The translations under genes were made by a program, and so were the position numbers. Of a DNA stretch of 64,000 nt, positions 1 through 10,600 are shown piece by piece. The stretch's first letter is position 1. Every line of letters begins with the position of its first letter. The stretch is from contig CACOUL010000002.1 in the NCBI GenBank assembly GCA_902630355.1, forward strand, positions 59,605 to 123,604, in the 5' to 3' direction. The notes below the pieces were generated by a model. It was not told the DNA's origin, searched no databases, and saw only the letters and a program-made list of their open reading frames with translations. This stretch comes from Planctomycetaceae bacterium (lineage in GTDB: Bacteria; Planctomycetota; Planctomycetia; Pirellulales; UBA7805).

Positions 1-402
1 ACCACCGAAAGCCGCATTGAAGCGGTATTTATTCAGCGCCTGCTTGAGCGCATCGGTTTTCATGATTTCCGTGTGCTTGTCGCTATCTTCGAGCGGATGT
101 ATCCCGTGCTTGCGGCCCTCCTGGTTGATGTAAGTGATCACATCGAGCCCCAACTCCTTCTTGGCATATTCCTCGCGGAAGGCAATCATTTCCTTGAATT
201 TCCACGTCGTATCGACGTGCAGCAGAGGAAATGGGGGCTTCGCCGGATGAAACGCCTTGAGTGCCAAATGCACCATCACCGAGGAGTCTTTACCGATCGA
301 ATAGAGCATGACAGGATTGTCAAACTCGGCAACCACTTCGCGAATGACATGGATGCTTTCGGCTTCGAGTTGCTTGAGATGTGTGAGGCTGTAGGACGTC
401 AT
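1..402 (-). CDS. cysD: Sulfate adenylyltransferase subunit 2 (CysD), N-terminal 134 codons; the gene runs off the left edge
   Basis: My own minus-strand translation from the ATG at 402..400 reads [82 protein letters not shown]... This shows the PP-loop SIGKDS and a collinear CysD N-terminus. It is absent from the ORF track because there is no stop in the window. The 73..588(+) ORF is its antisense shadow. Confidence 0.85.
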   Translation of the reverse strand, partial: MTSYSLTHLKQLEAESIHVIREVVAEFDNPVMLYSIGKDSSVMVHLALKAFHPAKPPFPLLHVDTTWKFKEMIAFREEYAKKELGLDVITYINQEGRKHGIHPLEDSDKHTEIMKTDALKQALNKYRFNAAFGG

Positions 403-466
403 GGGGCGAGTCGTCGGGATTGGCAAAGCGGCAATATAAAGGAAAGTCCATACGGACTCAATCCAC

Positions 467-1156
467 TCAATCTGTGGGACATTGGAGAGAAGGCCGAGAC
501 GAAGGATGCCGCACGCGTAAAACCACGCATTCGGCACCCGAATTTGCTGGCGAATAACGAGCAAGCAGCCGAAGTTCCAGATCTTTGAGTAAACCTGCCT
601 CGCGAGCCTCGAGCCGCTCCTCGACCCACGCTGGCCCCTTCACCAATAAAAGCTGTCCTATCGCCGACCAGTGTGGGCCAAACCATGTGAGCACTTTTTG
701 CAATCTTGCCACGGCACGCACGGTCAGCACATCAAAAGACTCTGTCGCCAGGATGTCCTCGGCCCGGGCATGGATTGTCCGGGATGATACACCCACCCTC
801 GCCACAATCTTTTCCAACACGTTCGCTCGCTTCGCAACCGATTCGGAAAGCGAAATCTGCAGATCGGGACGCAGGATCGACAGGAGAACCCCCGGGACAC
901 CTCCTCCCGTTCCGACATCGAGAATGCGGCCGCGCGGTTCTAAAAATTGATTAAGCATCATGGTGTCCCGCACATCGCGATCGACGAATTGCTCGATTGT
1001 GAGATGTCGCGTCAGATTAATCTTTTTGTTCCACTCCAATAATTCACGACGGTAACAGTCGAGTTGCAGAATCTGATCTTCCGAACATGCGAGTCCCAGT
1101 TCTGCAATTGCTGTCCGCAGAGAGTCAATTTCACTATTTGATTCGGCCATACACAA
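467..1156 (-). CDS. rsmG: 16S rRNA (guanine527-N7)-methyltransferase RsmG/GidB
   Basis: 229-aa ORF with the SAM-binding motif [17 protein letters not shown], an RsmG-like N-terminus ([11 protein letters not shown]) and typical length. The likely true start is MAESN at 1150. Confidence 0.85.
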   Translation of the reverse strand: MCMAESNSEIDSLRTAIAELGLACSEDQILQLDCYRRELLEWNKKINLTRHLTIEQFVDRDVRDTMMLNQFLEPRGRILDVGTGGGVPGVLLSILRPDLQISLSESVAKRANVLEKIVARVGVSSRTIHARAEDILATESFDVLTVRAVARLQKVLTWFGPHWSAIGQLLLVKGPAWVEERLEAREAGLLKDLELRLLARYSPANSGAECVVLRVRHPSSRPSLQCPTD

Positions 1157-1239
1157 TCTGAAAAACGATTCAAACTATTTTTATATTTCGTCGGTCAACC
1201 AAATTGGCATCGCGGCACGCGGCTGCTCGGAGGATTCAC

Positions 1240-1704
1240 TTAATTGGTTTCCATATCCTCTGGATAGATGCCCAACTCAAGGCAATTCCCATCGGGATCC
1301 TGGAAAAAAATTTGCTGAAAACCTGCGGCATTGATTTGCCGCTCATAAGGAATCTTGTGCTGCTTGAGTCGTTCTTCGATCACATCCAAATCGGCCACCC
1401 TCATTGCAAGGTGGGGGGCCAGCGTATCGATCGCCCCCCGCTCGCCACGGGCTGAGGGATGCTCGATCAAATGGATTTGGATTTGTGCAGATGGATGATA
1501 AAGCCACGCCCCCGCAAAAGAAAATGCGGGGCGGGCAATACGCTTTAAGCCGAATACACGAACGTAAAAATCGCAAGTAACTTCTGGATCGCGCGTCGGC
1601 AGAGCAATGTGATGGAGTGCGTGGGGGGCAAGCGGTTCAGCCATGAATCGTAAATCGCTCTCGGTTGAACAATGGAAATCGAGCAGTCGAATGAGAATCC
1701 GCAC
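1240..1704 (-). CDS. VOC/glyoxalase-bleomycin resistance family protein
   Basis: Contains HHIALPTRDPEVTCDFYVRVFGLK ... HLAMRVADLDVIEERLKQ ... FFQDPDGNCLEL, the paired beta-alpha-beta-beta-beta VOC modules. An alternative start, MAEPLAP, lies at 1644. Confidence 0.7.
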   Translation of the reverse strand: MRILIRLLDFHCSTESDLRFMAEPLAPHALHHIALPTRDPEVTCDFYVRVFGLKRIARPAFSFAGAWLYHPSAQIQIHLIEHPSARGERGAIDTLAPHLAMRVADLDVIEERLKQHKIPYERQINAAGFQQIFFQDPDGNCLELGIYPEDMETN

Positions 1705-1961
1705 TATAGCTGCATGCTAGCGTGCCGGAAACAGGCAGGCTTCGCGGTGGCGAGTTTAGCGACTGGGGGAAAATGAGAATTTATAACGATTTTCTCGATT
1801 TTGCCGATTTTATGTCCGATAGAAGAAAGCGGGTGGGCTCGATAGGACTCCTGGCTTCTTTGCGCCAAAGACTTCGGCGCGCACCCCTGCTATTTCGATT
1901 AGTCGTGTTTTGGATCGGCCTCCCATGTGAAAACCGGGGGGTGGGGGAAAGGGATTCTGAG

Positions 1962-2378
1962 ATGCAGCGCACACTACTTATTTTAAGCCTCGCTTTCGTT
2001 GCCGTATCGATACATTCGGGATGCTGCGGGTCTCATTGGCGCGTCGGGTTTTACCGCGAAGCGGGTACCGGGGCCGTTCCGATGGCATGCAACGCCTGCG
2101 GACAAACTTCCTGCCAAGGCGATTGCATGACGTGCGGTGGGGCAACCTGGTATCCTGGCAAACATATCGTCCGCGGCTTCCACCACGTCTGTAGCCTATT
2201 TACCTGTTACGGTTGTGGAGGCACATGTTACGGTTGTGGAGGATACGCTGGTGAGGGCTGGAGTCCCTCCACCGAAATCCTCGGTGGTGAGAATCAATTG
2301 GAACCGATTCCCACACCCACAAACGCGATAAGCCCGACTCCGAGTGCTCCTGCCACTCCCACAGAGTCCGGCAAATAA
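1962..2378 (+). CDS. Small secreted cysteine-rich protein (12 Cys in about 75 aa) with a Pro/Thr-rich tail; function unknown
   Basis: Internal ATG at 1962, preceded by the purine-rich ggggaaaggg, within the 1722..2378 ORF. The signal-like N-terminus MQRTLLILSLAFVAVSIHSGCC is followed by CNAC, CQGDC and a repeated TCYGCGG motif. The C-terminus reads PIPTPTNAISPTPSAPATPTESGK. Confidence 0.5.
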   Translation: MQRTLLILSLAFVAVSIHSGCCGSHWRVGFYREAGTGAVPMACNACGQTSCQGDCMTCGGATWYPGKHIVRGFHHVCSLFTCYGCGGTCYGCGGYAGEGWSPSTEILGGENQLEPIPTPTNAISPTPSAPATPTESGK

Positions 2379-2412
2379 AGATCGCTGTATCGCAAGCAAG
2401 CGCAAGCAAGCG

Positions 2413-3126
2413 TTAGGTGGGCTCGATTTCCGCAATTTGCCAATTGCGGGAATCGCCTGCCTGGTTCGCTTGCCAGTACTCGCCACTCTCCACATCGAGA
2501 CAGGTGAGCCAACCATCTTCGAGATAAACCCCGGTATCCAAACATATCGCATGGCCATGATTTGCCGGCAAGCCATCTTCTTGAGGGGTGTGCCCGCAAA
2601 TCATCGTTTTGCCCGAGCAATGTGGTGCGTGTGCCACGACACGATCCCAGAACAACACCTGGTCGTACTGCCGTGCGAGGGGCAAATTCGGATGAAGACC
2701 GGCGTGCACAAAGATATGTTTTTCAGTTTCGTGCCAGGAAACGCAGTTCTCATCGATGAATTTCCAGTCTTCCTGCGGAATCGCATCGAGGCTCAATTCA
2801 TCTTCCGGTGATGTGTAAGCCTCTAATGTTTCCCGGCCACCAAAACTCAACCAGTCGCGAAAAACATCTTCATTTGTTCTACTTGCCTGCAACATCTTTT
2901 CATGGTTGCCGAGCAAAGGAACCAAGCGGCCCATCCGATACCGATCGCGGAGCCACGACAACACTCGAGGAACCTCGGGACCACGATCCACGTAATCGCC
3001 GAGCGTGACCAACTGATCGTCAACAGAGATTTGTGCTGCCGACACCACGGTTTCCAACGCTCTGAAGCACCCGTGGATATCTCCAATCGCCAGGGTTCGC
3101 ATAGCCCTTCCCCAGGAGTTATTCAC
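2413..3126 (-). CDS. PPP-family metallophosphoesterase (Ser/Thr, possibly dual-specificity, protein phosphatase, PrpA/ApaH-like)
   Basis: All PPP motifs are present: IGDIHGC, GDYVDRGP, GNHE, VHAG and GHT. The likely start is MRTLAIGDIHG at 3102. It lies 21 bp downstream of the TPR gene on the same strand. Confidence 0.8.
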   Translation of the reverse strand: MNNSWGRAMRTLAIGDIHGCFRALETVVSAAQISVDDQLVTLGDYVDRGPEVPRVLSWLRDRYRMGRLVPLLGNHEKMLQASRTNEDVFRDWLSFGGRETLEAYTSPEDELSLDAIPQEDWKFIDENCVSWHETEKHIFVHAGLHPNLPLARQYDQVLFWDRVVAHAPHCSGKTMICGHTPQEDGLPANHGHAICLDTGVYLEDGWLTCLDVESGEYWQANQAGDSRNWQIAEIEPT

Positions 3127-3147
3127 ACCGATTCACCGACCTGCCGC

Positions 3148-6100
3148 TTAAAGCCGCAGCCACCTTTTGAGTTTTAGGTATTTTTCGCGGTCGATGCCAT
3201 CGATCTTTTCCCCGGTGAATTTCAACTCCTCCGCTTTTTCCAGTGCCGCGAGGGCCGCATCCCGGTCATCTTTGCCTTGATGTGCGAGGGCAAGGTGGAA
3301 GTAATAGACACCGGAACTCACATCAAAAAGGGTTGCCTCGTTGAGATCTTCGATCGCCTGATCATACTCACCTTCTTCGATATGGATAATCGCGCGCGTA
3401 TCGAGCAATTCGATGCGAGGCCCGAGCAGTTTGAAGGCCAGGTCGATATTCTCACGTGCAACGTCAGAATCACCTCCCGTTTTTACCGTCATGTAGGCGA
3501 GATTGTTTGCCAGCAGGCCTCGTTGATTTTCATTCATTCTTTCTGTGGGAACTGCTTGAATTAACTTCAAAGCCTGTAGGTAACTATTCTTGGAATCTTC
3601 TGCGTTGCGCGTCGAAGCGATAGCCGAGAACAGAGCAGCCTGCTGCGTGACTAAGTCAATCGAATTCGGATACTCTTTTTTTGCAAGAGCAATCCATCGT
3701 TTAACCTGTTTTATCTCTTCATCGGTCACGGTATTGGCATGCCGCACTGCACCCCCGATACCGATCGCACAAATTTCGAGTAATATTTCCTTGTTTTCAA
3801 TTGCGTCACAAATGCGATACGCTTCATCGAGTTCTCCTTGCCTTGAGAGAAATGCGGCCAGATTGATTCGGTATTTAAAATCTCGATCGGCCACGGCACG
3901 GTAGGCCGCCTCGGCCTGCTCTTGCAGACCGATTTCCTCGTAAAGGGCTGCCGCTGCTAATACTTTTTCTTCGTCTGCCCTCTCGACACCATCCGGGATA
4001 AAACTCTCGATGGCCGTGATTGCGGGGCGATCTTTTCCGCGACCCTTCGCATCCTTGGCAGTGAGTCGAATGGTCTCCCGCCCTTTCGGGTCACGTCTCT
4101 GTAACTGCCGCATCCACGGCCCGAGGGTTCTCCATTCCTGCTTATCGATAAGCATCTCCACATACTTGATGAGGAAACGTGTATCTTCCGGATAATCGAC
4201 CAACAATGACTGCATTGTTTCTCGACACTCGGGCCACTGATCCGAGATATAGTAAAGCTGACCAAGCGCCAATCGCTCTTCAGGTTTAAGATCCTCGCGC
4301 GGGATATCTTGTAGAATCTCGATTGCCTTCTGCCGGTAGATCGGTTCGGGACGCACTGCCAGAATCAAGCCCTTGAGATTCAGGTCTGGTGATTTCAAAT
4401 CCCCTTCCTGGCGATTTCCTTCGACTAGTGCCAACGCCTGCTCAAAAAAGCGATGCGTTCGCATCGATGCGAAAACGCGAGCGAGGGAACGCCGAGCCCA
4501 AAGAGAAATCTCACTGGGAGCCCCTTCCGATTCCAAGCTATTTTCAAGAATCGTGTTAAGGTGAGGAATTGCCCGCCGCAAGCGATTGTTGATCATATGA
4601 TATTTTGCCATGGCGCGTTCACGCTCCATGTCTGCTGGATTGTTCGCAATCGCCGCAGCCAGATAGTGTTCCGCCATCATTCGATTTCCCAACCACGCGT
4701 AGCACTGTCCCATCACCTGGGCAGCCACGTCTTGCGAAAGTCGATTTTCAATATTCCGAATTTCTATTTCCGCTTCCTTGGTCCGCTGCGTCTTCAAAAG
4801 GTACTCCACGAGTGCCAACGACGGTTGCGGGAGTTGCGGCGCCAATTGAACAGCCCGACGGAAGGCGGTTTCTGCCTCACCTATTTTTTCGAGTCTAAGA
4901 AGGACTCGTCCGCGACGCACCCAATCTTCGGCATTTTTCGAATCGACTGGTGCTGCCTGATTTAGCGAGGTCAGCGCGGCCTCGCGATTGCCGGTCAATA
5001 AGTCCAGCGTAAGTTGTTCTTTTTTTAGCGATTGGGGAACGTTATTGAGTCGAAGCAAAACTTTTCTCGCTTCATCGTATTGCCCTTGTTGTACGAGCAG
5101 TTCCACAAGGTGTCGAACCGTCATCGCATCCAGAGGGCCTGCATCGATCGACTCTTGGTAAAAATCAATTGCCGCATTAAAGTCACCCTGCAATTCTTGG
5201 ATAGATCCCTTCAATTCCAACAATCGCTGCCACTTCGGTCGCTTCTTGGCAATTTGATCGGCAAGTCGGTCGGCCGTTTGCACCAGTCGCATCCGCTTTC
5301 CCTTCTCGGGATCTTGCTGATATTTCCAAAGTAAGTATCGCGCTTCGAGAAACTGTGGAACCGGTGTATTTTTTCCAAAGCGGTTCGACGCCTCGTCTAC
5401 CTGCGCCTGCATCTCAAGCTCGTTGCCGGATTCTCTCGCTAATTCAAATAGTGCGACGGGGTAGAGCTGATCGGCATCTTTCTCCCCGGCAGTCCGCAAG
5501 CAGCGCATTGCGTCTTCGCGCCGTGACGGCGTGAGTTGGTAATAAATACGGGCAATCTTTTTCCACAGTTTTCCCTGCTCATTCTCTTTGTAATTTAAAA
5601 TTTCCTTCTCGATCGCTTTAATTTTCTCTCCTTGCTCGGGTCCCCCGACGAGTACAATGAGTTCCGCTTGGCGAAGAAACAGTTCCGGTCGGTCGGTCCA
5701 GGGATTCTCATCCCGCGTCGTGGCAGTTTTCAGATATTCGAGCGCCGCTTCTGCACCCTGCTCACGGACCATGAGCGCTAAATAGGTGTTTTGCAGACGG
5801 GCCGCATCAGGAAATTCAATGAGTGCTTCGTTAAGGCGGTTAAATGCCTCTTCGATGCGTTCGCCGCGAATCAGACTTTCTACTTCAACAACCGCCTTGT
5901 CCGAACCTGCAACATCTTCGCGCGTTACATATTCCTGCTTTACCCCCTCCAGTCGATTGCGATATTCGCTATTTTTTTGTGAGAGAGAAGCCAGTGTGGC
6001 CAGATAGAGCGAACGAAGTCCCTCGTCGCTATCGAAATCTTCCGCGCCCATCACACTTTTGAGTTGAGTCAATTTTTCGAGCGCCTCGGGCATCCGCTTG

Positions 6101-7542
6101 AGTGCCACGAGCGCCTCTGCTTGGCCTGCCAAGGCAATCCTCGACTCGGGTCGCTCAGCCAAGGTTCTGCCATACGCTTCAATCTGCCGATCAGGCTGAC
6201 CCAAGGCCTTGTAGCAGCGTCCAAGCAAGTGATCGAGAGAGTAAATCACGTTCGTAGAAAACGACATGCGCGGTCGTAAGGCCTCAAGCTTGGTACTCGC
6301 CTCAAGCCACTGCTCTTCGATGCAGAGGACTTTCGCTTCCGAAAAAGCAATCCACTCCGGTCGGAAGTTGAGTTCCTTCATCCTCTCGATGGTTTGCTTT
6401 GCTTCTTCCGATTGCTTGTCTTCTAACTGGGCATTGAATAGCAAATTAACCAAGGTACCGTTGCTCGGAATGGCCTCTAAACCTTGCTTAATGGCTGCCA
6501 GTTCCTCCTCGCGGTTTTCCAATTGCCGTGCAAGTCGCGACTCGCGAACGTAGATTCGAAAATCCTTGGGGTCAATCTCACGAGCGGAGGCGAGGTCATT
6601 TCGCGACCGCGCCGCGTAGTCTTCTCGCTTTGAGTCGTCAACTTTGTCCATCCAGTAAATGTATTCGTCGACCACATTAATCAGCGTGTCCATGTTGTTC
6701 GGATCGAGTTCTCTTGCACGAAGAAAGTCATTGAGTGCTTGGTGACGGTCCGATTTATTTGAAGATTCACTCTGTGCTAAACGGCGGATGTAGATGCCAC
6801 GACTGACGAACGCCTCTGCATTCTCCGGATTCAACGCAACCATTCGATCGATCATGCGGTCGGCAATTTTTTCGTCATCTCGCCCTCCGGTTCCCCTCCG
6901 CCTGAAAATATCCGCCAGCAGCGTATACGCCTTAATCATGTGGGGAGCTTTTGCGTTTTCGTCATCAAAATTTTGCAACTTCGGGTCGTAGCCGACTAAC
7001 CCACTTAATTTTTCAATCGCAGTATTGTGTCTCTCCAGTTTTTCGGCACATTGCGCATAGAGATAGTCGACTTCCGGATCTTCCTTCTGTTGGGAACTGA
7101 GTTTCTTCAACTCTTTTTCCGCCTCGATGAAGAATGACCGCTCGACCTCCGATCCGGAGCTCAACTCGCCCAAAGCGACAAGCCCATCCACGTAATTTCG
7201 CCGGATATCACTTCTTCCGGGAGAACCTCGCAGCGCCCGGGCCATGAGCATGTACGCGGCCCGCTTCTTTTTCGAATCCTCAATATGCTCCTCATCCAAA
7301 CAGTGACTACCGACTATTGCCGCCTCACAAATGATCTCCTGGTCGGTTGTATTTTGGGCAAGGTAACGCTGGTAATTCTCTACCGCCTTATCGTAATCTC
7401 CCTGCTTATCCGCCTCTCTCGCTGCCGCAAGGTACTCTGATGATTTATCTGATTTCACATAGAGCACAGCCCCAATGCCCGCCCCGACAATGAGCAATGT
7501 GCCAAGAAAGATAATGAGAACCTTGACGTTCAGCTTACGCAT
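3148..7542 (-). CDS. Giant membrane-anchored TPR-repeat protein (1464 aa), paralog A; PrsT-like (PEP-CTERM system TPR protein) but much longer
   Basis: One N-terminal TM segment (VLIIFLGTLLIVGAGIGAVLYV) is followed by continuous TPR-like helical repeats. It is collinear with the upstream paralog at both ends. Confidence 0.85.
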   Translation of the reverse strand: MRKLNVKVLIIFLGTLLIVGAGIGAVLYVKSDKSSEYLAAAREADKQGDYDKAVENYQRYLAQNTTDQEIICEAAIVGSHCLDEEHIEDSKKKRAAYMLMARALRGSPGRSDIRRNYVDGLVALGELSSGSEVERSFFIEAEKELKKLSSQQKEDPEVDYLYAQCAEKLERHNTAIEKLSGLVGYDPKLQNFDDENAKAPHMIKAYTLLADIFRRRGTGGRDDEKIADRMIDRMVALNPENAEAFVSRGIYIRRLAQSESSNKSDRHQALNDFLRARELDPNNMDTLINVVDEYIYWMDKVDDSKREDYAARSRNDLASAREIDPKDFRIYVRESRLARQLENREEELAAIKQGLEAIPSNGTLVNLLFNAQLEDKQSEEAKQTIERMKELNFRPEWIAFSEAKVLCIEEQWLEASTKLEALRPRMSFSTNVIYSLDHLLGRCYKALGQPDRQIEAYGRTLAERPESRIALAGQAEALVALKRMPEALEKLTQLKSVMGAEDFDSDEGLRSLYLATLASLSQKNSEYRNRLEGVKQEYVTREDVAGSDKAVVEVESLIRGERIEEAFNRLNEALIEFPDAARLQNTYLALMVREQGAEAALEYLKTATTRDENPWTDRPELFLRQAELIVLVGGPEQGEKIKAIEKEILNYKENEQGKLWKKIARIYYQLTPSRREDAMRCLRTAGEKDADQLYPVALFELARESGNELEMQAQVDEASNRFGKNTPVPQFLEARYLLWKYQQDPEKGKRMRLVQTADRLADQIAKKRPKWQRLLELKGSIQELQGDFNAAIDFYQESIDAGPLDAMTVRHLVELLVQQGQYDEARKVLLRLNNVPQSLKKEQLTLDLLTGNREAALTSLNQAAPVDSKNAEDWVRRGRVLLRLEKIGEAETAFRRAVQLAPQLPQPSLALVEYLLKTQRTKEAEIEIRNIENRLSQDVAAQVMGQCYAWLGNRMMAEHYLAAAIANNPADMERERAMAKYHMINNRLRRAIPHLNTILENSLESEGAPSEISLWARRSLARVFASMRTHRFFEQALALVEGNRQEGDLKSPDLNLKGLILAVRPEPIYRQKAIEILQDIPREDLKPEERLALGQLYYISDQWPECRETMQSLLVDYPEDTRFLIKYVEMLIDKQEWRTLGPWMRQLQRRDPKGRETIRLTAKDAKGRGKDRPAITAIESFIPDGVERADEEKVLAAAALYEEIGLQEQAEAAYRAVADRDFKYRINLAAFLSRQGELDEAYRICDAIENKEILLEICAIGIGGAVRHANTVTDEEIKQVKRWIALAKKEYPNSIDLVTQQAALFSAIASTRNAEDSKNSYLQALKLIQAVPTERMNENQRGLLANNLAYMTVKTGGDSDVARENIDLAFKLLGPRIELLDTRAIIHIEEGEYDQAIEDLNEATLFDVSSGVYYFHLALAHQGKDDRDAALAALEKAEELKFTGEKIDGIDREKYLKLKRWLRL

Positions 7543-7640
7543 TTTCTTAATTCCAAATAGAAACAGGGAAAATCAATGGATAATGATGGAAACTCGGCCG
7601 CTGTGAATCTCTCATAAAAACCGTGTGACAGGTGGAAAAA

Positions 7641-10600
7641 CTAGTTTTTCAGCCAGGCCTGCAATGACTCATACTTCGAATTTTCATCGGGATTTAAATG
7701 CTCGGGAAGCAGTCCGATCGATTGGGCAAAATCGAGCGCTTCACGTGCGGACGACTGATCATCGCGACCCTGATGGGCCAAAGCGAGATGGAAATGATAG
7801 CGTCCCGTACGTGGCTGGAAGAGGGTTGCCTGTTGTAAATCGCGAATTGCCTCATCGAATTGACGATTTCCCATGAGGGCCATCGCCCGCGTGTCGAGCA
7901 ATTCGATTTTCGGTCCGAGCTTTTTAAATGCCAGTTTCAAATCCTCCTCTACCAAGTCGTCACTTTGGCCGAGCTTGATATTAAAGTAGGCTCGATTGTT
8001 GGCGACCATCCCCTGCTCATATTCCGAAAGTTTATCCCAGTCCATGGCATCGAGAAGAGCAACCGCCTCCGTTGTGTCTCCTTGCATGTCGCGTACGAAC
8101 GCCTCTTGAATCCTCACCCGCCAATCGTCCGGGTATTCTTTCTTTGCCAAATCAAGCCATTCTGAAAGCTGTGATATATGGGCGGGACTCGCATCTTGTG
8201 GCTTACTCGTCATCGCCGAAAAGAGGAGTGTGCAGATCGCTCTCACATTTTTTTCATCTACCATTTCGTTACAAATGGACATTGCCTCGTCCGGTTTTCC
8301 ATGCCGCAAGTGATACGATGCCTGCTGGAATCGCAACGGCGGACGCTGTTTCGCGGCAAGCTCATACTGCTTTTCACTCGCTTCCAACAAGCCTGCCGTC
8401 TCAAGGACCTTTCCAATTCGAACTCGTTGGTTGGCCGGCACTGGGTCACCATACTGTGCCAAGGAATCCAGCATCTTTTTCTCAAATTTCCTGAGTTCAA
8501 CCGGGCCTCCGAGTTTCGCCTCAAGCGCCATCATCTGCATCGTCGGAAGGCTCGTTGGGGCCACGCGCTTCAGCTTTCGCAACCAGTTGCGACCCGAATT
8601 GGATTCCCGCTGTTCGAATAACATTTCGCAATATCGGGCGAGTAAATCGATATCGTCCGGATATTGAATATTGAGTTGCTCCATCAGATTCTTGCACTCC
8701 CTCCAGCGATCACTCATGTAATAGAGTTCCGCAAGCGCCAGCATCTCCCGCCGCTTCAGGGCACGATCCGGCAACATTTCAAGCAGGCGGATGCCATGCT
8801 GTCGATAAATCGGTTCGTCCCGCTGCGCCAGCAAAAATCCCTTGAGCCGCGTATCGTACTGCGACAACTGTCCTCCCACGCGATTTGCTTCAATCAACCC
8901 GAGGGCTTGCTGAAAGGACTGGTGGTTCGGTTGCGACGAAAGTACGCGAGCTAATGTTTGCCTCGCCCATACAGCGAGTGGTTCATTCTGTTTTTCTTCT
9001 GTTTTGTTTTCCTCCAGGATGCTGCTCAAATGCGCAATTGCCGCATCGAGCCGCTGGTTGTCCACACAAAAATTCACGTACTTGGTTTGAACGTTCACAT
9101 TTTCCGGGTCCGCCTCGACCGCCCGATAAAGATAGTGTTCATTAAGGAGTCTAGGAGTATATCTGGTGAACCGACTGTAAATATCGGCCAACAGGGTTTG
9201 CGCCTCAGGGGATTCGGAAAGCCTATTTTCCGCAAACTGCAAATGCCGAAAGGTCGAAAGTGGGGGGCGATTTTTTGCAAAAAAGTCGATCAACGCTCGG
9301 GCCGAATTCACATTATTTTCATCGAGTTGTACCGCTCGCTCCAGCGATTTTTGCGCGGCGGCTTGGTCTCCCATGAACGAGAGAATACGTCCACGCCAAA
9401 TCCAATTTGAGACGTTCTCCACCTCGTCCCAATTGATTTTTTTCATCCACTCGCGGGCCGTTGCATTGTCTCCGGACAACGCATGTAAAAGAATCTGCGT
9501 TTGAATCATACTTGCCGGCACGACGTCGAGCCGATCCATCACATCCTGGGTTTCTGATACACGCCCCTCGCTGATTAACAAATTGGTTAGCGTTTTCGCA
9601 ATCTCCATATCCATTGGGCCGAACTCTAGTGATCGCTGATAGTGTTCGATCGCTTCCTCTGTTTTTCCCTTCAAGTCCGCGATCAGCCCCTTGAGTTGGT
9701 GTAACCGGTGCCACCGTGGCCGAATGTCCTCGATGGTTGCCGCCAAGGCTTCAACCTCCTGAAGCCAATCCAATTCTTCTGTTTCAAGGCTATTGGACCA
9801 GATGAGATAACGAGCCCGCTGATGAGTCCAAAGGTCGCTGCCACGACCAAACGTCTTTTCCGTTTGATCAAGCGCTTGGAGTAGCGCGTTTTCCGAATTC
9901 TTAAGTAAAGCCGACTCGAAACGAAGTTCCGCAATCTCTCGGCTGACGGGGCTCAACTTCTGAGCCTCCGCTAAACAATGGTCGACTTCCTGCATTCCGC
10001 GGGCAAGCGCAAAATGTGCGCGAGACAGACTCAACCAAAGTGAGATTTGATCCTCCGCTTCATAATTCCGAATCAAGGGCTCAAGCGATTTTATCTTCTT
10101 CACCGCATCGAAGCCTCCCAAAGCAGAAATCCACTCCATCCGGGCCGCGAGAAAACGAGGCCGGTCTTTCCATGGATTCTCTGGCCTTGTCGTTACCTGC
10201 TCCAAATACTCGAGGGCTTCACCAGGTCCCGATATTTTCGTGACACTCGCAAGATAAAGGTCCTGGATATCCTCGCTGTCTGGATACTCCACCAGATAGC
10301 TTTCAAGTTTTGCCAGGGCTTCATCATTCTTGTCCTCTGCAATCAATGCGCGAACCTCGACCATCGCTTTATCGATCGCCTCGATATTCTCCGATTCATA
10401 AATACCGCGTTGCAGGCGGCGCAACTGCTCGTTGTACCTCGGAGACTCCTTGCCGAGTTCGAAGAGCAATTCCATATAGGTATCGCGTAATCCCGTATCA
10501 GCAAAGAATTCTTCACGACCGATCAGTTGCTGAAGTCGGTTGAACACGTCCATCGCTTCGTCGTACTTTTGCATTGCCATGAGCGACTGGCCTTGGGTGC

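Noticed and set aside
73-588. 171-aa plus-strand ORF at the left edge
   Set aside because: It is the antisense shadow of cysD. The minus-strand frame gives a clean CysD N-terminus with the PP-loop, whereas the plus-strand product has no recognisable features.
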